From positions 1 to 49,397 of the forward strand of contig JBGSTX010000318.1 of NCBI GenBank assembly GCA_041736305.1: a stretch of 49,397 bases of DNA, read 5' to 3'. This document shows, in pieces, positions 11,074 through 19,081 of this stretch (the stretch's first letter is position 1; each line of letters opens with the position of its first letter). Below the pieces are notes generated by a model. The model saw only the letters and a program-made list of their open reading frames with translations, ran no database searches and was not told the DNA's origin. A program made the position numbers and the translations under genes. Source of the DNA: Oligoflexus sp. Its GTDB lineage: Bacteria; Bdellovibrionota_B; Oligoflexia; Oligoflexales; Oligoflexaceae.

Positions 11074-11397
11074 TCAAAGAGAAACGCTAACTTTGATTTT
11101 CATAGTAGGATGTATAGCACAACGGATCTCACCGATTCCGGGTTTGTCAAAGACCTGCTCTTTATGTACTCCTGGAAGCTGAACCTTCAAGTTGAACTTC
11201 ATAGCTGCCGATGAAGAAAAAACATTATGCGGCGTGACATCATCGTTTTTAAAGGTTACCGCTTCGCCAACTTTTAGATTGAGTTCAGTTACCGAAAACT
11301 TCTTGTCTTTCTGGGTTACCATGACTGCTCCGGCTACTGGCGTTAGAACTGTGAACAGGAAAGCAGAACGGCTATAGATTAGTAATTGTTTTTTCAT
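11074..11397 (-). CDS. Cupredoxin/plastocyanin-like blue copper protein
   Basis: Signal peptide, PHNV, and C-A-I-H-P-T-M type-1 copper ligands. Confidence 0.85.
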   Translation of the reverse strand: MKKQLLIYSRSAFLFTVLTPVAGAVMVTQKDKKFSVTELNLKVGEAVTFKNDDVTPHNVFSSSAAMKFNLKVQLPGVHKEQVFDKPGIGEIRCAIHPTMKIKVSVSL

Positions 11398-11645
11398 CAA
11401 GCACATCCGTCAGAATGATAAGACTCTATTTTTTTATAACGATTAAATTAAGCGTAACGCACTTACGGTTCACGTGAAAGTATCGAGAAATTTCCGTCCC
11501 ACTTTCATGTCTAATGGCCACAAGAACCAACTTATTTTTCTCAGTTTCGCCCAGATGCCTTGCTGGACATAGTGTTTGGTCAGATGATGAATACTGCTTC
11601 GAGGCGTCCTCGATGAGAAGGTACATGGCTCAATTTCCATTAGTT

Positions 11646-12608
11646 TTAGTATTCGATGCGATAGACCGGGTTTCGATCATGGCTCTGCTCGCGCTTATTG
11701 TATTTGATCGTCGTGGCCGGCGAGGCGTGGCCTAGGGTGCGCTGCACCTGATCGAGCGGCGCCTCCAGAGTGTTTAAAAGATGGCCTGCAAGCGTAGCAC
11801 GCATGGAGTGAGGGCAGTAGCGCCGGAGGCCGGAGCAGGGAATGCCAGATTTTTTGATCAAGGTTTGAAGGATCTTCGCCAAAGCAGTGGAAGAGATCGG
11901 TTGGTTTCGGATGGGGCTGAGCGAGGGAAAAAGCCATTGCTCGGGATCGCTGACGTCAAAGCCCAGCGCCTTGAGCTCCGCGATATGCTCGCTAAGACAG
12001 TGGTAGGCAAAGGGGTTGAGCGGCACCTCGTGAGGTTTATCGCCTTTGATCATGAGGGAGAGAATGCGGTGGCCCTTGACCTCGCCGAGGTTCTTTATTT
12101 TAAGCTGGCGGATTTCGGCTGACCGGAGCCCCGTGTAAAAGCCCACGGCGAGCAGCGCCCGGTGAGATGTAAATGATTTACGGCCTGGACTGAGAGCCAA
12201 AAAAAGTCGGCGCACCTCCTCGTCTGAAAAGTCGGCGGTTTGGCTTTTGTTATCAGATTTTGGTCTTTTAAGGCCATAGAAAAGATCACGCTCGACAAAG
12301 CCCTCGTGCGCGAGGTGTTTGCAAAGTGAGGAGATGGCCGGCATTTTTTTAAGGATGGTCTTTTGCGCCTGGCCCCTTATTTTAAGCGATTTTTGATAAA
12401 GGATTAGATGATTGCGGCTGAGCTCTTCGATCTCTTTAATATCTTCAAAGGCAAAGCTTAAAAATTCGCGGCCGGCCCGGAGATATTCGCGCCGCGTGAG
12501 CTCGGAGCCAAAGGAATGAAAAAAGGCCGTGAGGGTTTTCTCTAGCCTTGGGTCCATGGCCGGCAGGCTTGGCAGAATCTCAAGATCCTTTTGAGATATT
12601 TCCAGCAT
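11646..12608 (-). CDS. Tyrosine recombinase (XerC/D-like resolvase)
   Basis: Catalytic set TGLRSAE, KG, HSMR, LGH, TIKY. Start moved to the ATG at 12608, which follows GGAG. Confidence 0.9.
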   Translation of the reverse strand: MLEISQKDLEILPSLPAMDPRLEKTLTAFFHSFGSELTRREYLRAGREFLSFAFEDIKEIEELSRNHLILYQKSLKIRGQAQKTILKKMPAISSLCKHLAHEGFVERDLFYGLKRPKSDNKSQTADFSDEEVRRLFLALSPGRKSFTSHRALLAVGFYTGLRSAEIRQLKIKNLGEVKGHRILSLMIKGDKPHEVPLNPFAYHCLSEHIAELKALGFDVSDPEQWLFPSLSPIRNQPISSTALAKILQTLIKKSGIPCSGLRRYCPHSMRATLAGHLLNTLEAPLDQVQRTLGHASPATTIKYNKREQSHDRNPVYRIEY

Positions 12609-12645
12609 AGAGGTTCTCCACTTTTTATCGAGTATGCCAGAGGCG

Positions 12646-12677
12646 AAGGTTGGAAGAATCCTCTTTCTTCCAACCTT
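12646..12677. repeat. 13-6-13 palindrome, candidate recombination/operator site of the adjacent recombinase
   Basis: AAGGTTGGAAGAA-TCCTCT-TTCTTCCAACCTT, about 38 bp upstream of the recombinase start. Confidence 0.55.
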
Positions 12678-12857
12678 TTTATAAAAAACAAGATCCATGC
12701 TTTTTTCTTGATTTGATAATGAAAACAGGGAAGCGATGGGGCCGGCAAAAGCCGGAATGTAGAAGATTGCGCAGAGGTTTGATTTCCAACCGTGCAGGTG
12801 GTTGCTGCCAGATGGCTGCACGCTAAAATTGATGTTGATACGTGGGTTTAAAGATCA

Positions 12858-12886
12858 AGGATGTGCTGGGAGACCCAGCACATCCT
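12858..12886 (-). terminator. Hairpin, likely terminator of the merR operon
   Basis: Perfect 13-bp stem AGGATGTGCTGGG/CCCAGCACATCCT just after the last gene; the U-tract is weak. Confidence 0.6.
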
Positions 12887-12903
12887 GGTGGTTCCTTTTG
12901 CAG

Positions 12904-13167
12904 TTACCTTACTCCTAAACCGGCAGCTATAAGTGACTCTGCATTCACCCCCCCTCCTCTGCAACAATCGGCAAGCTTGCCGTTGATCGCGACAGCCGGT
13001 ACCGACTTGACTCCAAGAGTTTTAGCCCTTTGGGCCACATCCGGCTTTTTCATGTCGAGGACACTCACCTCACACGACGGGCATGCGAGTTGGTTAACGA
13101 GCTTGACTGTTTCTTCGCAGGCAGGACAACCAGCTGAGAAGATCTCAATTTTTCGTTTGGTTGACAT
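12904..13167 (-). CDS. Small thioredoxin/glutaredoxin-like protein
   Basis: IEIFSAGCPAC, a second CPSC, GVKSVPAVAING and a CC pair. Confidence 0.85.
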   Translation of the reverse strand: MSTKRKIEIFSAGCPACEETVKLVNQLACPSCEVSVLDMKKPDVAQRAKTLGVKSVPAVAINGKLADCCRGGGVNAESLIAAGLGVR

Positions 13168-13185
13168 ACAAAATTCTCCTTTTTA

Positions 13186-13926
13186 TTAGACGTCAGATGA
13201 CGCGCATGAACCACATGATTTGACCGCGACCATTCGCGGCCATGCATTCCACACCGCAGCACCAATGAGAGTTGGCACTGCTGCGTAAGCAATGAAATTT
13301 GAATCGAAGACAAATTTTCCAATAAGATGAGTAAGCGCGGCTGCAACACCAAGGACAAATGGGCCATATCCCCAGCGGGCTTTCGCGCGCCAGCCAAGAC
13401 TTATTAGGGTCAGGGCAAGCGCTGCCACGGTAACTGGCAGAAGATAGGCCGTGTAATCGAAAAAACTGAAACCTAAAGCACTCAAAACGGCTGCGTAGGC
13501 GGGCCAACAAGCTGCGCAGGTTAACTTGGGAAGCAGGGCCACGCCAAAGCTCGGAGCGGCTGCCAGGGCCATTCTCCAGCCTTTCTTTCCATTAGCCGCC
13601 TCAGATGCGGGCAGATTTGCGATGCCATTGGAAAGAGCTGATACAATGCGCTCGACCTCGGGCACGCCAGACAAAGTGCCCGAACGGGAAGGATAGAGTC
13701 GGCAGCAGCTCGCAGAAGGAGCCTCGTTATCTGGATCTACATCCAGTCCATCGACAAGGATTGTAGGGGACCCAAAATTTCGAACGTATCCTGGGCTATC
13801 AGGAGACGCCCGATTCCACTCAGTCCATATGGGACTCACGCCAGCAGTGGAAAAGGCCGAAAGAAGCTGCGCTCTAGCATTCTTCACGTTGGGACAGTCC
13901 ATGTCATAGATCAGTTCAACTCTCAT
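13186..13926 (-). CDS. Thioredoxin-like domain fused to a MerC-like membrane domain
   Basis: N-terminal DCPN...GSPTILVDG...CCRLY; C-terminal CAACWP followed by four transmembrane segments and CGSC. Confidence 0.75.
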   Translation of the reverse strand: MRVELIYDMDCPNVKNARAQLLSAFSTAGVSPIWTEWNRASPDSPGYVRNFGSPTILVDGLDVDPDNEAPSASCCRLYPSRSGTLSGVPEVERIVSALSNGIANLPASEAANGKKGWRMALAAAPSFGVALLPKLTCAACWPAYAAVLSALGFSFFDYTAYLLPVTVAALALTLISLGWRAKARWGYGPFVLGVAAALTHLIGKFVFDSNFIAYAAVPTLIGAAVWNAWPRMVAVKSCGSCASSDV

Positions 13927-14342
13927 AAAGGCTCCTCATTTTCCGGGTCAAGAGCATCGAGAATCGGGCAAGTACTGGTAGGTGCTTCACCATTTGTACA
14001 GGTGGATGCCAAGACCTCCAGGGCATTTTTGATGAGCTGAAGTTCAGTGATCTTTTTCTCAACTATGCTGATTTTCTCTTCTGCCTTCGCACGAACGCTG
14101 CGGCATGAGCTTTTCGTGCTGGTACGTAAGCGAAGGAGTTCCCGAATTTCTTCAAGAGAAAATCCCAGGTCCTGGGCGCGCCGGATAAATGCTAAGCGGC
14201 GCAGGACCTCCGGATGGTATTGACGGTAGCCGCTTTCACTTCGCTTGGCCTTTTCAAGAAGACCCTCACGCTCGTAATAGCGGATTGCCTCAACGGAGAT
14301 GCCGGATGACTTTGATATGGTGCCAATTGAGATGGCCTTCAT
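13923..14342 (-). CDS. MerR-family heavy-metal-responsive regulator
   Basis: IRYYEREGLL, SGYRQY and LGFSLEEIRELL motifs; three Cys in the divalent-metal sensor arrangement (SSC; C...CPIL). Confidence 0.93.
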   Translation of the reverse strand: MKAISIGTISKSSGISVEAIRYYEREGLLEKAKRSESGYRQYHPEVLRRLAFIRRAQDLGFSLEEIRELLRLRTSTKSSCRSVRAKAEEKISIVEKKITELQLIKNALEVLASTCTNGEAPTSTCPILDALDPENEEPL

Positions 14343-14369
14343 TCTACTCTCCTTTCACGCCTCACCATT

Positions 14370-14401
14370 ACTCTACGGTCTGAAGCTAACTTCAGACTCA
14401 A
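14370..14401 (-). promoter_or_regulatory. MerR-type promoter/operator
   Basis: Minus strand TTGAGT-20 bp-TAGAGT, with the perfect dyad GTCTGAAG-N4-CTTCAGAC (14378-14397). An elongated spacer with a dyad is the MerR-family hallmark. Confidence 0.85.
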
Positions 14402-14868
14402 GTAGTTTCTTTATTTATTTATGAATTTAGGCAGATAAGGTTGGTTTTTCGCAGGTTGAGGGCGTTTAACTGGGAGCTAAAAGGTATCGATGGAAAGGCA
14501 TGCGGCTGAAAACATTTACATACTATATTGGCTTATTATGTTGGGTGCTGTTAGTTTTAGGCTAGAAGGACTGATTGACAAGTCATGTCTCGGTAAAGAG
14601 GACTTTGAAATGCTGCTGCAGCCGACTTTGAAATCTGACAGCTAATGTTACGTGGAATTTTCGGCGGGGCAGTGAATTAGGTCACAATGAAGGTAATGAA
14701 ACGGCTACGGTATCGAGATGAGGGGTGAAATTACTGACAGCATTAAAGGTGCCATGGCCGAAAAGCTGAGCTTCCAGCATTGCATCAATCCTATATCGGA
14801 TGAGAAGTAAGTGTTGGAGCTTGAACAGAGTATTGTATTCTTGCATAGCAACCATTTCTCCAAGCTGG

Positions 14869-15405
14869 ATGGCAGGATTGAATCCTCTAATACCTTCGAA
14901 TGAAAGTCTATTGGAGCGTTATCAAAGCGGCGATTTTGAGGGATTTGACCTCTTTTATCGGCGCAATAGTCAAATGATTTTTGCCTTTCTCTTGACCCGA
15001 CTTCGATTCAGAGTAGATGCGGAGGAGGCGTTTCAGGACACTTTTCTAAAGATTCATAGAGCCATCGTGACCTATGATCCTGCCCAGCCAGCTTTAGGCT
15101 GGGTCTTTACTATCGCAAGAAATGCAGCGCTCGATATTATGCGAAGACGCCGCAGACAACCTGTTAACTTCAACATGGATGAATTCAGCGAAAATTCTGG
15201 AATAGAGGAATGCGTATCCGCAAAAGAGCAACTGGCTCAGCTCGTGGAAAAAATATCTGATGCTGAAAGAAGTCTTTTAAAGGCCAGGTTTCTTGATGAC
15301 GAGCCATTTGAAAACATTGCTGATGATCTAGGAATCTCGGCTGAGAACACCAGGCAAAAGCTTTCCCGTCTGTTAAAAAAAATAAGAGATCCAAAGATAG
15401 GCTGA
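14869..15405 (+). CDS. ECF-type sigma-70 factor
   Basis: Region 2 (DAEEAFQDTFLK, WVFTIARNAALD) and region 4 (IADDLGIS...RQKLSR). Confidence 0.9.
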   Translation: MAGLNPLIPSNESLLERYQSGDFEGFDLFYRRNSQMIFAFLLTRLRFRVDAEEAFQDTFLKIHRAIVTYDPAQPALGWVFTIARNAALDIMRRRRRQPVNFNMDEFSENSGIEECVSAKEQLAQLVEKISDAERSLLKARFLDDEPFENIADDLGISAENTRQKLSRLLKKIRDPKIG

Positions 15406-15406
15406 G

Positions 15407-15898
15407 TCAAGCTGCTGCCCGGCGCCAGAGGATCGTGACTTTATAAAGAGCGTTGGAAAATATTTCAAAACTGCTGATTGCTGCGATGCCCCAAACGAAC
15501 ACAGTCCACATCGGATCGGCATCGTTGTTCATGTATGCGATAATTCCTCCAAATAATAAAATCCACCCTGACAAAGCCTTCCACTCATTCCGGATAAGCG
15601 CCTTAAACTGAAGAGGCGAAGAAATGATTCGAAGTGTTATTGCTGGCACTAGTGCAAACAAAATCCCACAAACAACCGTGCAGCCCAAAAATCCTGCTAC
15701 GTCCATGATCTGATGGTGAACCCTTAGGGCAAGATTTGACAGTCCAAAGCCCAGTTGACCGCAAAGAAATAGCGAGATCAGTCCTCCGAGCGCCACGGAA
15801 AACCCTATTTTGGCATGCACAGCTGGACGGGACGGGCACAGGTCAGCTTTAATTCGATTATAAATATTTTCCCTGGTTATATCAGGCACATGCTTCAT
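15407..15898 (-). CDS. Membrane protein, putative metal-sensing anti-sigma factor
   Basis: About 4 transmembrane helices with LC, HH..M and C...C residues; convergent with the ECF gene and preceded by an ECF-type promoter motif. Confidence 0.55.
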   Translation of the reverse strand: MKHVPDITRENIYNRIKADLCPSRPAVHAKIGFSVALGGLISLFLCGQLGFGLSNLALRVHHQIMDVAGFLGCTVVCGILFALVPAITLRIISSPLQFKALIRNEWKALSGWILLFGGIIAYMNNDADPMWTVFVWGIAAISSFEIFSNALYKVTILWRRAAA

Positions 15899-15937
15899 GT
15901 AATAATCCTCTGACCGTTAGCAGAATTCCTATGCCAC

Positions 15938-15964
15938 TACGCTTGATATGGCCGGTTTGTGACA
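15938..15964 (-). promoter_or_regulatory. ECF-type promoter for the membrane protein gene
   Basis: Minus strand TGTCACA-N16-CGTA. Confidence 0.7.
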
Positions 15965-15998
15965 GATTATTTTTATTTTGACCTTAATTCAAGCCTGC

Positions 15999-16025
15999 TG
16001 TCACAGCAGGCCTGTCTCTGTCGTA
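15999..16025 (+). promoter_or_regulatory. ECF-type promoter for the efflux operon
   Basis: TGTCACA-N16-CGTA, about 40 bp before the TolC-family start. Confidence 0.7.
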
Positions 16026-16064
16026 GAGGGGACTGAAGATGACCTGGAACCTGACGAGGCTGAC

Positions 16065-17558
16065 ATGATTAAGTACCTTCTTACCGCCACTATTACCTTA
16101 CTCTCACTGCCGGCAGCTGCTGCAGGTAGCGAAGGATCAGCTCAAGAGAATATTACCTTCGAAAAGTTTGTCGAGGCCGTTTTATCTCATCATCCTCAGC
16201 GATTCATTGATGAAAAAGGCTTGGCTAGAGTTAAAGAAGGCTTAAATCGTGCCGGAGTTCTTCCTGATCCTCAAATCAAAATTGGGCGCGACGAAGTACC
16301 TCTGCGAGGTCGATTTCAACCCGAACTAATGATGGCGAAAGAGGCAAAGGGAGGTGCCGAGTGGCAACTTGAGTTATCGCAGAGCTTCCCCTGGCCTGGA
16401 ACCTTGGCATCCGAAGAACGTTTAGCTCAAACATCCGTGTCAGCTGCGGAAGCAAATAATGAGTTATTGGCCCTGATGCGGCGGATTGAGGCTGAGGAAC
16501 TATATCTGAAAATAGTTAGGACAGACAAACTACTGGCCATTGCGAAGAGTAATTTTACAGCAGTGGACAGCCTTCGTAAACTTGCCAGTGAAAAATTCAA
16601 GCAAGGCGTCGGTTCCCATAATGAATTTCTTCAGGCCCATAGCGAAAGTGGCGTTCTCAGGACGAACGTCTCTGCGTTAGAAGCGGATCTCATCAATCTG
16701 AAACGTCATGCCTTACTCCTTATAGGAGACAAAAGGATGACGAGTCCTAATACAGTTACCTTTTCGCTCGAATGGCCTGACTCCCTTGTAGGCCCTGTGA
16801 TCAATCAAGAAAAAATAAATGATCGCGATCTTATTCGTCAAAAAATTCAGCGCGAAAAAGAGAATCAACTGGCGAGACAGGACAGCGCCTACCGCCGAAC
16901 GCTGCCGTCTTTCATGGCCTCCGGCATGCTTATGCAGGAGGATGCGGGGATGCGCATGTATGCGGCAATGGTAGGTGTATCTCTACCGGTCTATTCTCAG
17001 GGGCAGCGCCGTTCGCTCAATAATGAAGGCCTGCTCACGAGTGAACTCACTGAACGCACATTAGCCTGGCAGGATCAGCGTAAAGCACTCGCACTTATGC
17101 AGGCTGACACGCGAATCGCTCAAATCCAGGCTAACTTCAAGGCTCTTGAAAAGGAGATTATTCCTCCAGTGAAAGAGCATATTGAAGCCACTATGGTGCA
17201 ATTCAGTCAAGGCAAGAGCGGCATAAGCGCTATTATTGATGGCCGACGCGTACTGTTAAATCTTGAAGTTTCAAAAGTGAGATCAATGGAAGCGCTGGCA
17301 AGGGCTAGAATCTCAATAGAAAAAATAAAGGCTGGCCTTATTGATGAGACACTTGATGAAGAAGTGCCTCAGCTTATCGGAGTGGGTTCCAACGCTATGA
17401 GTATGCCAGGTGGCGGATCTACAGGCGGCATGCCGTCGATGCCATCAGGCAAAGAAAATGGAGCGATGAAACCAAGCATGAGTCCTAGCGATGCGATGAA
17501 AAACACTGATCCCGTCGATGAAGCTGAGCCAGAAAAATCCCCAGGTATGGGCATGTAA
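16065..17558 (+). CDS. TolC-family outer-membrane factor (CusC-like) with a Met-rich tail
   Basis: Signal peptide; LPDP and LSQSFPWPG motifs; first gene of the RND operon. ATG at 16065 follows GAGG. Confidence 0.85.
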   Translation: MIKYLLTATITLLSLPAAAAGSEGSAQENITFEKFVEAVLSHHPQRFIDEKGLARVKEGLNRAGVLPDPQIKIGRDEVPLRGRFQPELMMAKEAKGGAEWQLELSQSFPWPGTLASEERLAQTSVSAAEANNELLALMRRIEAEELYLKIVRTDKLLAIAKSNFTAVDSLRKLASEKFKQGVGSHNEFLQAHSESGVLRTNVSALEADLINLKRHALLLIGDKRMTSPNTVTFSLEWPDSLVGPVINQEKINDRDLIRQKIQREKENQLARQDSAYRRTLPSFMASGMLMQEDAGMRMYAAMVGVSLPVYSQGQRRSLNNEGLLTSELTERTLAWQDQRKALALMQADTRIAQIQANFKALEKEIIPPVKEHIEATMVQFSQGKSGISAIIDGRRVLLNLEVSKVRSMEALARARISIEKIKAGLIDETLDEEVPQLIGVGSNAMSMPGGGSTGGMPSMPSGKENGAMKPSMSPSDAMKNTDPVDEAEPEKSPGMGM

Positions 17559-17578
17559 ATCAATTTGGAGATCTCATA

Positions 17579-19081
17579 ATGTTCAGCCTTAAAATTTTAA
17601 TTTCAATTGGATTTATGACATTTCTTTTTGGAAAATTAGCATTCGCAGCTATGCAGTTTGAAGTTATACCTAAGCCTAATCCGCCAGAGGCGGGTGAAAA
17701 TAGTTTAATGATTTCGATAAAAGACGATGCGGGAAAGCCGATTGATGGCGCTAAGGTCGAGTTGCTTGCTTTCATGCCTGCTATGGGGACAATGCCCCGC
17801 ATGAACGAAAAAACTGTTGTCACGCCTCAAGGAAGCGGAAATTACCTCGCAAAGTTTGATCTATCCATGGGGGGCACATGGGAGCTGGCATTAAAAGCTG
17901 AAAAAGATGGCCTTCAAGGCTCACTTAACTTCAGCATTACAACAGAGATACCTGGGATTTCTAAAAAGGGTGGTGGAAAGTCCAGTTCGGAAAAAACACC
18001 TGGGACCGCCCCCCTGGACATTGGCGCCGATCGCCTTCAGATCATTGGTGTGCGTTTTGCCGAGGTCAAAACCTTGGCCATGAAGCGAAATATCGATGCC
18101 GTAGGCGTAGTAGAACAAGATCAAACACATCGTGAAGAACTCACACTCCGGTACTCGGGATATGTCGTAAAGCAGTTTCGCGGTCGCGTTGGTGATCCAG
18201 TGAAGGCAGGCGAGCCTCTGTTCAGTGTTTATAGTCCTGACCTCGTCACGGCGCAGAGCGAATTTCTTCTGGCTGATAAGATTTCTGAAAGTGCTCATTC
18301 GCTTCATCAAGCTGCGGGCGAAAAGCTTAAAAACCTTGGTCTATCGGCAAAAGATATTGAGCAAATACGGAAAAACAATAAGCCGCAGCGGGACGTTGTT
18401 ATCCGCTCGCCTATTAATGGCACCATCCTTGACGTCTCCGTTCGAGAAGGAGCATCAGTCAATGGAGGGCAGGTCCTTTATATCATTGGGGACCTAAGTA
18501 AGACCTATATAGTCGCACGCGTTTTCCAACAAGAAGTCGGAAACGTTAAAATTGGACAAAGTGCAGTTATTTCCATTCCAGGAGCTGATGAAAAACCTAT
18601 AAAAGGGCGTGTCAACCTTATTTATCCGCAGATCGAGCAGGGGGCAGGAACTGCAAATGTACGCCTAGAAGTTACCGAAATTACTGCTGGGCTTAAACCG
18701 GGTGTTTATCTGGATGTTGCGATTCCGGTTGAGATTGGAAGCGGTTTAACTATTCCCGCTGAAGCCATTCTCTATTCTGGGCGGCATCGCTATGTCTTTG
18801 TCGATCACGGCGAAGGCAATCTAGAGCCTCGGGAAGTACGTGTCGGCAAGTCGTCAGATGGAATGGTGCAGATCCAGGAGGGCCTCAAAGAAGGCGAACG
18901 CGTGGCAGCAAGTGGCACCTTCCTTCTAGGATCAGAAGCCCAGCTTCGTTCGGCCTTACCGAAATGGAAAGATAATGCGGAAGGGACCGAAATAAAAAAC
19001 CCTGCAAAGGAACCCGCGACCTCCACTCCAGCTCAACCTAAAATGAACATGCCAATGGACGAAAGCGGGGCCCCTAAATGA
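17579..19081 (+). CDS. cusB: CusB-like periplasmic adaptor with an N-terminal YtkA/FixH-like domain
   Basis: MPAMGTMPRM...MGGTW N-terminal domain; YSPDLVTAQSEF, SPING and GLKEGERVAASGTFL motifs. Confidence 0.85.
   Translation: MFSLKILISIGFMTFLFGKLAFAAMQFEVIPKPNPPEAGENSLMISIKDDAGKPIDGAKVELLAFMPAMGTMPRMNEKTVVTPQGSGNYLAKFDLSMGGTWELALKAEKDGLQGSLNFSITTEIPGISKKGGGKSSSEKTPGTAPLDIGADRLQIIGVRFAEVKTLAMKRNIDAVGVVEQDQTHREELTLRYSGYVVKQFRGRVGDPVKAGEPLFSVYSPDLVTAQSEFLLADKISESAHSLHQAAGEKLKNLGLSAKDIEQIRKNNKPQRDVVIRSPINGTILDVSVREGASVNGGQVLYIIGDLSKTYIVARVFQQEVGNVKIGQSAVISIPGADEKPIKGRVNLIYPQIEQGAGTANVRLEVTEITAGLKPGVYLDVAIPVEIGSGLTIPAEAILYSGRHRYVFVDHGEGNLEPREVRVGKSSDGMVQIQEGLKEGERVAASGTFLLGSEAQLRSALPKWKDNAEGTEIKNPAKEPATSTPAQPKMNMPMDESGAPK

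Noticed and set aside
11426-11626. 66-aa minus-strand ORF between the cupredoxin and the recombinase
   Set aside because: No recognisable motif, so it cannot be supported as a gene.
14511-14545. dif/res-like AT-rich segment ending in TTATGTT
   Set aside because: No XerC arm at the 6-bp spacing.
14410-14800. Possible decayed gene between merR and the ECF sigma gene
   Set aside because: Only short interrupted frames with no recognisable motif.
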